DNA from: the human T2T-CHM13v2.0 reference genome, Homo sapiens
DNA length: 64,000 nucleotides
Assembly (NCBI RefSeq): GCF_009914755.1
Contig: NC_060928.1
Direction: 5' to 3' (one strand)
Shown here: piece by piece, positions 40,641-53,863 of the stretch
Layout: every line of letters begins with the position of its first letter
Position numbering within the stretch: position 1 is the first letter of the stretch
Notes under the pieces: model-generated
The model's database searches: none
Told to the model about the DNA's origin: nothing
What the model saw: the letters and a program-made list of their open reading frames with translations, nothing else
Made by a program: the position numbers and the translations under genes

Positions 40641-43619
40641 GAGCCACAGCACTTGGCCTGTGATGTATTGCAGAGGGAAAAAAACCAACACTACAGAAGT
40701 ATAATGCATGTCAATTCAGATTTAGAGAGTGTAAAAAACAAAAACCCAAAGTCCAACTATTTAGTTTTGAGCAAATCTGAAGATATTGGCATGAATATCC
40801 TTTCTTCTCTAAGAAAATTTTTGAGATAACAATATATATGAAGTTCCCAGTACATTGTAGACCAAGGTGTTAAAATTTAATTAGTTCATTTTTAGTAATT
40901 CATAATTTTAACTTACCACATAAACAATTACTATGCATTTCTAAGTAACGTTTTCAATATAGCTTATATTAGATTTCTGCACATCATTAAATTACGAAGA
41001 TGGCACAAAAGCAAAGCAGCAACATTGCACAATAGCTTATGGAAGCATTTTTGTGCGAATGGATTTTACATAAGAAGCTTTTCTGAGCTCATAAAATATA
41101 TTCAATGGATCCCAACATTAAATTTAACTTTGCAATCAGCAAATATGTTCTTTATAACATCTTAAAAATATTAAACAATTAAATTTTCATTTGTAGGCTA
41201 GCAGAACTTAAATGTGTTGGTAGTTGCTTCTTTCCTGATTAGGCCATAAGAAGAAACTTTCCTATTTACTAATTAACACTGATTACACTCTCTTTGGTTT
41301 AAAAGGGAAACTTTCACCTGTACACATACACACTCTGATTCCATTTATTTACAGCCTGCAGAAGAAGTAGCTTGTTTACGATATTTAAAACTTTGTGATT
41401 TCTGCAATAAAACAGGTAGTTAATATAGTTTCGCATAATCTCATTGAAAGATATTGCTATTCCTTCTTTATTTAAAAAAAAATTTAAAAGTCAGCACTTC
41501 TTTCACATCTAGCACCTATAAGTTACTATTCAAATGTCTTGATTTCAGCTAAGTTTTGATGTTTCTTTTTCTCTTAATAGTATGTCAAAAGCATTGTTCT
41601 CATTTGATAATTTGTGTCCCGTTACAGTATTTCAAAGGTAAATGCAAACTAATTTTTAGGAAGGCTTGTGAAAGAACTTTGATTTATGTGAAGAAATCAA
41701 GAAAGACTATACATGAACAAATCTCTATTGGGATAAACAAGTCTCTTCAACCACAATATGAACAACGGAAGAGCAGAAACCAAACAAGTTAGCAAACTTA
41801 TGGTAAGGTGACAGGACCTAAACTAGAGTTACAGAGAAAAGTTTTCCAGGAAAGAATAATGAAGTCATTTGTAGTGATAAAAATCTTACACACTACACCA
41901 AATGTTACAGATGTATTCCGAAAAGTAAAATGGGAGTTTCCTATATTCTGATTTCATTCTGCTAATTCCACGGGAAACATTAAATACTTTAAACACTCTT
42001 GAGATATTTCGTATCTAGCTATACCTTGTCTCAAGGAAACATCAATATTTTATAAATGTTTCTTAAATATAAGTATTTTGTCTCAATTCATCTTCACTCT
42101 CTAATCTGCTGGCTCTATTGAACACCAACAGAGTTAATGCTTTTAGTAGCTTTGTACCTTTTAAAGCTCTATTATGAATCTTTCTAATACATATGAAATT
42201 AATATTATATTAGAATTATGTACATTATACAAAATAATTCATAACCAAGCAATATTCATACTATAGAATAATTTATTATTATATATATGAATATTACATT
42301 GAGACTGAACAAATAACCACTCTGCTCCAAATATTACTCTCAAGTTCTCTGCCTTTAATTATTATAGTCAATTCATAAAATTCTACATACAGTTGTACAT
42401 GGTGGGTTATCAAAGTACTCCATAATCCAAATGCATCTAAAAGTATTCCAAATGCGCCTTTCATTCTAGAATACTAAAGGAAAGCGTTTGAAAGAAGAGG
42501 CAAGTAAAGCAGACTTCTAACTATTTAATTTAAACATTGCCATTCAGATTGAATAATTTTTAAATGATGATGCTCCACTCTTTGATCTACAGACAAGGTT
42601 ACAAAAGATTTACAATTAGTCCAAAATCAGAGGATTTTAAATCTTAAAGGAGTTAAGTTTGTCTCAATGATCCAAGACTACAAAATTTCTTGCTACATTG
42701 GCAAGGAAATATGTTTAAAGCCGAGAACTAAAATAGCTTTTTAAAATTTAAAAATTCCTCTGTTTCTTCTGAATGTAAAACAGGCAAAATGATCCTGACT
42801 TCAAAATGAAATATATTGATTGCTCTCAAAAGATGTTTGACAAAGTTAAGTCAGTATCTTCAATGCTTTAACAGTAGGTAGAGGTCTTTGGGGTTGGAAC
42901 TCAGGATACAGTGACTAGGACAGAGTGCATTCTTAGGCTAATTAGTGCCTAGTCCTCTGGAGTATTTTTTAATGCCCTGAATTTCAAGTTGTCAAACTGG
43001 TTTACATATTGAATGACATTTTGAATCAATAAAAATGAGAAAAAAACATTTAAATTTGGTTTTCATGTCTCATTTGAGAATAAAGATTTCCTTCATCACC
43101 CTAAGTAATAAAAGCTGATATGTCTTGAAACAACTATAGACAATCAGAATGTGTTCATTTATAAAGTATCACTGGTTTGTATATTTTAATGCTGACCTTT
43201 GCCTGTGAACTAGAAAATCAAGATTTGTAGAGTCAGGTTGATTTGCCTTCATTTAATTCCTGCAAATGCATTGGAAGTGGATGGATAACTTGGAACTTTT
43301 TCCATACTGTTTTCCCCCTCACCAAGCATTAAATCTAATTCAAAATATGTCTTTCTAAAAAACAATAGTTTATTTTTAAAACTAACAACTAATTGTGTTA
43401 TTCCTTGTTGATAAGAAAGTCACTTTTTAGAAACAAGAATATAGCTATTGTGGCTTTGGTCGCTTAGGATTCTCATATATTTACACATGGCATTATTCTT
43501 TTCATATACACCTACCAGATTTCAAGCTATTGGATATTTCCCTTGTACAACCTTTACATCCTTTTTTTTTCCTTAAATGCTCTGTACAATCACATGTAAA
43601 GTCATGAGCTACAAACCTC

Positions 43620-43625
43620 AATAAA
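43620..43625 (+). terminator. Distal polyadenylation signal AATAAA
   Basis: Three TGTA (CFIm-type) motifs within ~80 nt upstream and GT-rich gtgatgtagttactgtt downstream. Confidence 0.65.
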
Positions 43626-44319
43626 AATATCAGTAAACAAGAAGTGATGTAGTTACTGTTATTATATGGTATTACCAAAACTTTGATTTTGGGATAGTGT
43701 TTCAAATTTCAGGATAATAACTGAAACATGGGCTCCTAATATATTTCCTATGTCCACTACCTCACACCCTGCCACCCTCCCCTTCATGCATTGGAAATAT
43801 AATGTAAAACCTTTTTAACCTTTGTTTTCAGAGAACTGCCACCACTAGAGGCATCTATAAGGCAATTTTTCTTTTCCAGAAAAATAGAAAGTTAAATTAA
43901 GAATTTACTGTTTGACCTTAAAATTTGCTATTAGTGAGATATAATCAAATCTAGTCTTATATCTACTGCCTGGTCTTATTTTTCCTCATCTCAAACTAGG
44001 GAGTAGGACAGTCAGTCATCAACGAACCTCTGGTCCAAATAAGAGTTTAGAGCTATGCATTGTGACATGTCATTCTTCTTTTGAATAAAAAGTAGTATAT
44101 ATATTAGTAAATATTTTGGATCACAAAGATAGATGTCATATAATCATTATTCTGTAGTGTCACGGATTCTGATTATTTAGCTTACTAACTCTGAGTGTTG
44201 GTTGAATGAGCACAAATATCAGCGGGATAAGTCGAATTCGGAAGCCACTTTTTTATAATATTGAAAATGCATTTCCATAAGAAATATTCTGCAAAGGAAA
44301 TGGAAGAGAATCAGCAGCT

Positions 44320-44480
44320 CCTGAGTGCCTAGTGTATGCCTGGCACTTTACGTAGCCTCATTTGATCTTCCCAATAATATGACAAAATGGAACATATTAC
44401 TGTGTACTCCTTTTATGGAGGAAACTGAAATTCAGATCTCACAGTCACAGAGCTACTGTATTTTGAACCAAAATCTCTCA
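44320..44480 (-). mobile_element. MIR fragment
   Basis: gcctggcacttta...ttttatggaggaaactga...ttgaacca. Confidence 0.6.
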
Positions 44481-45221
44481 GTCTATTTATTTATTAATCA
44501 TTTTATACTGCATTAACTAAATGATTAGTTGAAAAGAAATGAAGCAAACCCTTTTCATTTAATTAAGGGGAGGAAACAGGCATTCAAGGAAATGTTGCAA
44601 TAACATGGAACTAAAATTTATGTGAACCCACTTTATAAGGTATTTAATACATCTATAAATATAATATGTACATATAAAGAGAGAGAAAGAAAGAGATCAA
44701 TATAGCTATTTCTACTTTATCTATCTATTGAGGGAGAAGAGAGGATTGACTTTTGAATTCTGGTTCTGTCACTTATTCTGTAAGTTTCAGCAAATTAACT
44801 TCTCTAAGAATAGGGTTTCTCATCTCCGAATATCTAAATACAGCATTTTGTCTGTAACATACATATATACATAGCGTATGAGGCACACATAAAATTCTCA
44901 TCCAGAAAATTCTTAAACGGATTCTGGGTTAATACTAAGTAAATTTTGCTGGTGTCTTGTTGATTCTATTAGTCCTCTCACCCCTAATCATGGTTGGATA
45001 GTAGTAATCTGTTTCTTAATTCAAATTCTAGTTAAAGTTCCACCTTAATATATATGGCTGGCTCATTCGATTGTTATGGCATGTATGATAATTAGAAGTT
45101 TACGTACACAATTTTTCAAAATTTAATCTTTACACAACAGTTTTAACAACTGTATTTCCAATGTGATAACACATCATTTTTTAGTCTATATTCAGCAGTT
45201 TGCACCTGATAAAAAGAGATG

Positions 45222-45286
45222 GCACTGCACTCCAGCTTGGGCAACTAGAGCGAAACTCCGTCTCAAAAAAAAAAAAAAAAAAAAAA
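45222..45286 (+). mobile_element. Severely 5'-truncated Alu 3' end (Sp/Sq-like) with A22 tail
   Basis: cactgcactccagcttgggcaactagagcgaaactccgtctc + pure poly-A; agatgg on both sides. Confidence 0.9.
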
Positions 45287-46244
45287 GATGGTTCTAAGTT
45301 TAAATACATTTGGGAGATGTGAAACAAAACACAACACAGATTTTTAAACTGTAGGATTTCAGAGACTGCACTGCAAAACTCCTAGAGGAGTATATATTGT
45401 GCTGTTTACTAAGACTGTTTGCACCTGAAATCCTCAAGGAATCTGAAGAGCAATACATTGCAAACCTGTTGATCCATGAAACACAGTTTGTGAAACACCC
45501 CTCAAAATATTCTTGTTACTATTGAGTTTTTTTTCGGAATATTTGATGTTCATGAAATACTGGAGGTGTGACTCCTCCAATACAGGTATTAATTGGCTTT
45601 ATAACTCATGATAAAATAATATTTTTAAAGTATCCCCACTAAATTTATGCTCCTAATCTTTAGGTGGAGAAAGAAAAATTGAGACGAAGACTGCCCTAAG
45701 AATTCTGCCATAACCGTAGAATCTCTATATTTTAATATAGCTTCCTATCTTCTAATATCAAGTATCTATCTGGCTGCAGCAACTGGAGGGAAAAGGAGAC
45801 CACCTGCAAATATCTGCAAATACCTGCAGAGATACCCGCAAATCAATGAAAGGAAAATCTTGTTAAAATGCAAATTTGGGTTTTTGTCAGTCTTTGGGGG
45901 TGTGGGGTCTGAAGTTGTGCATTTGAAGCAAGTGCTCAGTGATGCCTCTGTGGCTCTTCCAGCTAGTATCAGGCTACTTGGGCTTTCTCCATGTCTTCCA
46001 TATGCCTGTGATCAGGTTTATTATTCCCTCTAAGTGGTTATTTTTAGGTACTAGGGAATATATTACAGGAAAGGAGACAGACATGTCTAGATGTTGCTCA
46101 ATTTTACCAAAAGATATATATGTTTTGATTTTTGGAAATAAATACAGCATATTCTCAAAGCTGGTAATGGTTACACCAGTACTGAAGCTAAAGCCACGGC
46201 TCTTTTAGTCCAGCATGTTAGGTGAAAAATGTCATGGGAAAACG

Positions 46245-46392
46245 ATACACACACACACACACACATACATATGTGTGTATGTATATATGTGTATATATGT
46301 GTGTGTCTGTGTGTCTTATGTGTTTATGCGTATGTCTGTGTGTAACTGCATATATATAATTGCATATATATGTAAAATATACACATATACAT
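46245..46392. repeat. Mixed (CA)n/(TG)n/(TA)n low-complexity tract
   Basis: Directly visible. Confidence 0.85.
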
Positions 46393-47450
46393 GAAGTAAT
46401 TGCTTATTATGAAAAAAGATTTTACCTAAGTGTTATTTTCCTCATAAACACTTATCTAAGACACGGTGGAAATAGCTATTAGAGATAACTAACGTTTTTA
46501 GCATGTGAAACAATCTGACTGTTGAAACTGGAGATACTTGCTGATCTTTGTGTAAAGTGTAGAATAATCACATAGGTACATATGACAAAAAGTGAAAAAT
46601 TAAAGAATGTCCAGGAAGCAATAACATTTTGAGTTTTATAAATACTTTAAAAAAATCAGTTATAATTTTTGTTTCATTATAATACTAAAAAGTTTATTGC
46701 TAGAAAATAATCTTCTTTGATTAAAATATCTCATAAGATAAAAGTGAACTTGTCTTCTCTATTTACCTCTGAGACACTTTATTCAGGATTTACTGCCATT
46801 AACGGGAGTAGAAAATATAAATGTTTTATCCAAAAGTTTCAAGGATGTTAACTGCTCTGAAGATTTTATGTATACATTGAAATAAAAGATCCTGTCCAGA
46901 TCGGTGATTGTGTGTTAAGTGTATTAATGTCAAAACACATCATTGTATTAAACAAAAATGTGTAATTATGAATTAGATAACTCTTATAATGAACATGGTC
47001 TTTCAGATAATCAAAATTATTTGAAAGCAAGACTCATACTGAATTTCCAAGATATTAATTCTCTTAATGTTTCCAATTGGGAAAAAAATTTCACTAAAAT
47101 ATTTTATTTTGATTTTGATATTCATGCTTTGCTTACCATAAGATGTAAAGAATTTGTATTTGATATTTAGTACACAGCCTTAATTCCACCAATCAAGCCC
47201 ATATTCCAGAAATTAACAATGAATTTTATATATTGGGAAGAAAAGATAAGGTATACTCAAATATAATTCCCCTTGTCTTACCCTTTATGCCTCTTAAAGC
47301 TGGTAATTTCTCACATCTTAGAAAGTCTTTAGCACATTGTTAATTCTATCATTCCATTGTAACTGAAGAAAACAGAATTCCATTAATTTCCATTAATGCA
47401 GAATAACACAGTAAGAAGAAATAGACAAACTGGAAAAATGCATAAAAACT

Positions 47451-47602
47451 TTTTTTTATACTTTCAACTTTTATTTTAGATTCAGGGGGTTACATATGCA
47501 GACTTGTTACATGGGCAGACTTTGTGATGCTGAGGTTTGGGGTAAGAATGGTCCCATGACCCAGGTAATGAGCAGAGTACCCAATAGGTAGTTCTTCAGC
47601 CC
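47451..47602 (-). mobile_element. Short older L1PA 3'-end fragment
   Basis: caacttttattttagattcaggggg.tacat...tgatgctgaggtttgggg. Confidence 0.8.
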
Positions 47603-47944
47603 TAACTTAGTCAGTCTTTAGATCAAATTTTCATTTAACAAATTTTCATGATTTATTAGGCTTTGTCTCTATAATCTAAAATTATTTAATTAATAGAATT
47701 TTTTTGCAGTTGTAACCTATGTGTACGTAGATTGCCTAAAAGATTAAAAATAAATAATGATACTATTTGGTTTTTAAAATTGGAATAATATCCAAGAAGA
47801 CAGAGTCGAGACTAATTACTGACCCTATGAAGAATACAATAATTCAGTGTTACATTTTAGTCACTTATTTTGAAAAGACCTTGATTAAACTTATCTTGCT
47901 ATTTTCAAATATTATGAAGGTCAATAGAGTAGTTAGTTTTGTAT

Positions 47945-48135
47945 TTTCCCAGCCTTCCCTGCATTAGAATCACTAGAGCACATTAAAAAAAAAAAAAAAA
48001 AAAAAAAAAGGCCAGGCCTCACACCACACTAATTAAATCAAAATATCTGGGGGTGGTTCTCAGGTGTAAGTAAATTCTAATGTGATTAGATTTTACCAAT
48101 GATTCGATGTGCAGTTGGGGCTGAGAATCACAGAG
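47945..48135. mobile_element. MER5A-like hAT DNA transposon containing an A25 run (47985-48009)
   Basis: gcattagaatcac...aaatcaaaatatctgggggtgg...gatgtgcag...tgagaatcac. Confidence 0.7.
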
Positions 48136-50444
48136 TTAATTGCTTAATACATATTGGGTATTTGCATTAATCATGTTTAAATATTCTTAAAACATTTAAA
48201 AACAACATTTTAAATATTTCTTACTTTTTAAAGCAAGAAAGAAAGATGAATAAGGAAATTCAAAATAGAAAATTTCTTGTCCCCAGATGAATGCAGCTAA
48301 TTGCCTAAATATGATTTATGGATAGTATATTATTCAAGTACAAATCAACTGTCTTATTAAATCATCTTTTTCATGATTTAATTCACAGAATAAATATTCT
48401 TATTAAAAATATCTGTGTTTCTATCATCATTTGGGGGGATTATGAATATTATCACGGTAGAAAGAGGTCAGTTATTAATTTTAAATCAGGCAGAATCACA
48501 GACACATATCAGGAACTATTTACATGGAACAAAAGCATCTTCAAGTTTTTCTGGAAAATTTAACAATCATTAGACCGTATGTCTACATGGCATTTAGCAC
48601 AGTGTGACAACTATCAAAAACCTACTCTTTGTAAAACTGAGTTGATTATAATTCCATAGAATAAAGCTATAAGCTGAAGGATTGTCATTTTTTATTCATA
48701 ATAAACAATAATTATTGTTTCTTCAATATGACTTTAACTGTTGTATTTAGCTTTTGTGGGCCACCCAATTCACATTCTCCTTTTTAAGTTTTAGTAAATA
48801 ATTGATAGTGATTTCTAAAAGGTTCTCTAGACAGGAATAGTATGGAGGACTGCATGGAAGATAAGAACAATTCATTAGATAGAAAAATCACCTCTGTTTC
48901 ATTCTCACACCCACCAGTATTCTCCCTCAATTTTTGGAATAACACATAGAATTATACATCTAAATTGCCTAAACCAAATAACACATAACTTTGGTGGATA
49001 ATGTGATGGGATGGCAAATCATTTTTGACTCTAGTGACAACCCCTGATCAACTGGTAATGTCTGTTTGGAGCACTGTCCTCAAACGTTTTCTACAGTATT
49101 ATTAGTAAGAAAGACATAAATAATGCCTTAATGGATTTTTTATGTTTGCTATGACAGGGAAAAGAACCACAGGTGAAAATGATCAACTCATGTGCAATTT
49201 ACATGACATCTCTGATATACAAGTTGTTAACACAAATAACTGACACACATATTTTAGAAGAGTTTGGAGCCCTAAACTATTCTTTTTTTGATGATAGCTA
49301 CTTTGGTTATGTAATGATAGATAATATTTTCTAAAGAGAGCAGAAAAATTATTTATATCATGTATTCTGCTTGTTCCAGATGCTTAATTTATATTACTTA
49401 CATAAAGTGAAGTTTAGAATGATTTTCTTTTCCATTACTTTTCACAGAGGTAAATACTTGAGCTTTCTTCTTTATCCAATCATCACTTGCATCTGGCCGC
49501 ATCCCTAACCAGTCTCCCTTAAGATTTGGACTAAGGTGTATTCAATCTCATTGCAATACAGCATCTGTTTTCTCTTTTCCTACCTATCAATTTTACTCTC
49601 GTCTTCATTTTATGTTTAATCTTAGCCTTCGTCTTTTTCTCTTTTTGTTTCTATGTTGCATAAAAGTCATTTATATTTTATCTAATGTTTCTTTGTTCCA
49701 TAAATCAGCAGCGCCTTGTCTCACTTGGTCTAGAGATTTACTTATCAACTAGCTCTTTCCTGTCTCCCTTCTGTCTCTCAGTAGTCCCAGCCCCAGTTTG
49801 CTTCAGCCCTCAGCTGGATTTTATTCTAGCCATTTTCGTTCATCTCTCTGGGCTTCTCCACCTATCACTCTAAGCTATTTGTCTTTTCTGTGCATAATGT
49901 AAATTCACAGAGCTGAAGACCTGAAACAACTCTTGAAACCATTTAATCCAATTCCTTTATAGACGGTAAACTGAGAACTACAGAGGACATCTGATGTTTC
50001 AAGACCATACCTTATTCATGGTGGAGCTAATTATTGATCAGGGTTTCCTAATCAGCACATTTTCCTATGTTATTTTTTTCTATTTACCTTGCTAAACCCT
50101 CCTACCATGATGTATCTGTTTCATATGTGGTCTAGTTTCTCCTTTCTTACTAGGTATTTTTCAGGAGACTTTGGTTTTAAATAATAGAGCCATAATTCAC
50201 ATTTACTTAAAGTAAACAAATAAAGAACCAATGCTTTAATAGAATTAAAAGTACTTTTAATGGAATTAGTGGAATTTATTGATTCACCTCATCAGGGATG
50301 ATTTTGGCTGGTGCCAGAGCTGGTTGGGAACCAGGACAATAAACACACTACAGACTTTTTCTGTGTCTTATTTCTGTTTCTCCCTATGTAATAACTTGAT
50401 TTTTTTTTCTACTGAAAGGCACAATTTTATGGTGGCTGAGTGTC

Positions 50445-50660
50445 CAGACTTTGAGTTTAGACTGCCTGAGTTAAAAGCCTGCTTCCTCCATTTTCTAGTT
50501 TTGTGATTTTGAGCAAATTCCTGTCTGCCTCCAGCTCCCTACTCTGTAAAATTGGGAAAATAATAAAATCTACTACAAAGGTCTGCTGGGTAATAGAGTT
50601 AAAAGCATGAGTTACTAAAGTGTTTAGAATAGTGCCTGACACATAATAAATACTTAAGGA
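50445..50660 (+). mobile_element. MIR SINE
   Basis: agactgcctgagtt...tctgtaaaattggg...agaatagtgcctgacacataataa. Confidence 0.75.
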
Positions 50661-51678
50661 TTGTAACCTATCATTGTTGCAGCAGGACAGCCTCTTTTCA
50701 TAGACAGAGGCATGTTTGAAAGCAGCTTGGAATTTCAATCAAATGGCTCCATGAGACTATGAAAGGTCTCTTCCCTGAAACTGGTTAGAAAGCTGCCAGG
50801 AAGGATTCAGATTCACCATGCGTGATTCTTTCACCTTTCCCTGGACAAGTTTTGCCCAAAGGATTGGGTACCATGATTGGTCAACCCTAGGCTACTGAGG
50901 ATATCTTTGACTAGAACAGCAAAGTCTTACTAGAAGCTGGTATGAGGGGGAAGCTGACCAGATACACTGGTATTGGCATCAGTTCTTACAATACTGTAGC
51001 TTGCCAAGTCTATGTGAGACATGAACTTTATGAACTTCATTATTTCATATCTAAATCGTGCTTCATATCTGACTGAGTTCACTGTTTATCTTTACTCAAT
51101 TCCATTTCCATTTCATCAGTGTAATGCTAATAAAAAGCAAAAGTTAAAGTCACAATTCAATCAATGTTCCAAAGCTGCACATTTCTATTGGTTGCGATTA
51201 ATTTCTGTGCTATCCTTAATAGGTCTTGATTGTAAACATTAGGAAATCAGAAAAAGTTTAGTTCTTCTATTTACTCTTCTCATTTTCATAACAAAGCATT
51301 GAATTTCACTCTGTAAATTTGAAATTTTCAAATACAGAAATACTACTTTTTCTAAACACTTATATGTCCTTGAAAAGATAATTAAATTTGTTTTGATGAA
51401 AACTCTTTCTCAAAATAGGATAGAAATAAAAATGCTATTAAGTTTAATCCGGGATTAGCAAGACATATCCAGAAAGGCTTTTACTCTCACCAAGTCCGAA
51501 GGCTTATAGCTGAGGGATACACACCACCACAATATACACATCTAAATAAAAGAACTGTTACACTCAAAAGGATTCTTCTTTCAGTTTGAAACAATCTTTC
51601 AGATAAAACTGGGGGAACTTTCCCCAAGGCGTACTTTGCGCCTAAGCATCTTATTTGAATATGGACTACTGATCTTAT

Positions 51679-51683
51679 CACAC

Positions 51684-51721
<38 letters not shown>

Positions 51722-51728
51722 AACACAC
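51679..51728. repeat. (CA)n microsatellite
   Basis: Directly visible. Confidence 0.92.
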
Positions 51729-53863
51729 TAGGCTATCGGAAAAGAAAGAAGTGAAAAAAAAATATTTTTATATATATATTCACAACAGGGATGAGAAGGG
51801 AAGATTGTTCTCTGTGGAGCAGAGTCACCAACGGCAGCAAAGAAGGATAAATGTGACAGTCTGAAAGACAAAAAGAAGGCCCTCACCAGATTATAGTCTC
51901 CTTGACCTAGGACTTCCCAGCCTCCAGAACTGTGGGACAACAGGCCCAGGGAAATGGAGGACCTGGCTTACCCACACAGCAGAATCAGAACTAAGACCCA
52001 ACTATCTTATCTCTTAACTCAGAGTAACTTCTACTAGACCACAATATTTGGACACGCAGTGTGCTTTGAAGTAGGAGAAGATAAATCTAGGACCAAACAT
52101 GTTTTGGGGTTTATTTTCCATCATCTCAGTGACTTCCAGTCTCCAGCTTCTGAGTCTTTTTGCCCGAGGGCTTCAGACTCATGTCTGGGGTAAGCCAAAA
52201 GCACTGGGGGTTCATTCCCCAGGAGCAACACTTAAGCAGTGTAGGATGAGTGCTGTGTATGTGTGTGTATATATACACACAATTCTAGCAGACAAAAAGG
52301 AATCATAGAATTTTTTCTTTTCCAATTTCACAGAGACTCTAAGAGGAGTATGTATGCAATATACACTGGGGGATGCACATTCTTTGAGTCAAGGAGAAGA
52401 TACAATTCCTTGTATAATGCCATAGGATTTCCAACTACCAAAAGAATGCAGAAGTTAAGAGCAATTACAATTCTGCCTCTTCTGCTCAATGATCCATCTG
52501 TATATAGAGTTGTGTTTGATTTGTTGGGATTCTCAGTTTTATTCTAAGTTGTCTGAGGTTTAATAAGTAAACAAAAAGAAGAAGTGCTGCTAAAATTTGA
52601 TTTTTCTCTTGAAGCATTTCCAGAAATATTAAAACCTAGACAAAAATAAAAACCTATTGAGTGGTCTCATTAAAAAAATAGTTTGAAATGTTCCAAATCT
52701 GAGATGAGTGACTTGGATATATATCAGAAGAATTACTTGTTATTTCCAGTAGATTTAATTTAAAACAAGTTACAGAGGAGACTATCATAAGAAAATGATA
52801 CGAATCTTTAATTAGAACAATTAAAACCTAATTGTGATTTAATTACAGATAAGATTAAATTTTATCAAGTTAAAAAAGGTTCAAGTGAATGCTTGATTGA
52901 AGATTTGCTAGATTTAAAAGTCTGGATTTATTTTGGAATTGTGGAATTTAATTATAAAAAAAGAACTCTATCCTTATTTATGTATATAGGTTTCACATTA
53001 AAGCAGTTGCATAATTTTGGTAAACTATAGTTTGGTAGCTGACATTTTTCATTTCCTGTTATCTCAGATAAATAACAACATAGAAAATCAACATATACTT
53101 TAAATTTTCTCAGAGGAGTATCAGCTTCAAGATCAAACCACAATACTGAGGATTAAATCACACTTGGGGCTTATGTAGTCACATGCCCAAAGTGTTTGAA
53201 AATGCTTTCAAGTGAAGGGAGTGCTTAAAAGGATTATAACTCTCAAGACTATTGTAACTAAGCATATTGTGCTACAAATAAATCCTGATGTGACTGTTAC
53301 AGAAAAACAGGTGCTGTAAAGACCATCCTTTAGAGAGAAAATAGAAACTGTCTATGCATATAATAAAATTTATTTGACTAAATGAGCTAAAGCTCTGGTG
53401 TCCCCAGAGTATTAGAATGCTATTCAGCAATTATGTCCCTACTGAGATTTAATTATCCCATTAGATATTTATTTACTACTACATATTAAGTTAGAGTACA
53501 CCATTAGAGTCGGTGGAATAATAAATACATAACTGCTGCTAGATAGAAACAGCTTAGCCAAAAAATTATTTCCAGTTACTTTGCAAATATTTAACACTAT
53601 GCCCAGAACTATGCCTTGCCCATAGAAAGCATCTAATAAACATTTTTAAATTTTTTTAAATTGTATTTTAAGTTCTGGGATACATGTGCAGAACGTGCAG
53701 GTTTGTTACATAGGTATACACGTGCCATGGTGGTTTGCTGCACCCATCAACCCGTCATCTACATTAGATATTTCTCCTAATGTTATCCCTCCCATAGCCT
53801 CCCACCCCTTGACAGGCCCCAGTGTGTGATGTTCCCCTCCCAGTGTCCATATGTTCTCATTGT

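Larger units (their letters stand above)
36217..43645 (+). other. ADGRL3: ADGRL3 3'UTR (short form to ~37750; probable long form to ~43645)
   Basis: Follows the TAG stop; AU-rich and nearly repeat-free (one Alu monomer recognised); bounded by well-formed poly(A) signals. Distal extent is inferred. Confidence 0.7.

Noticed and set aside
43836-43855. CTCF-like ccactagaggca
   Set aside because: One base short of the core spacing; cannot be supported without ChIP data
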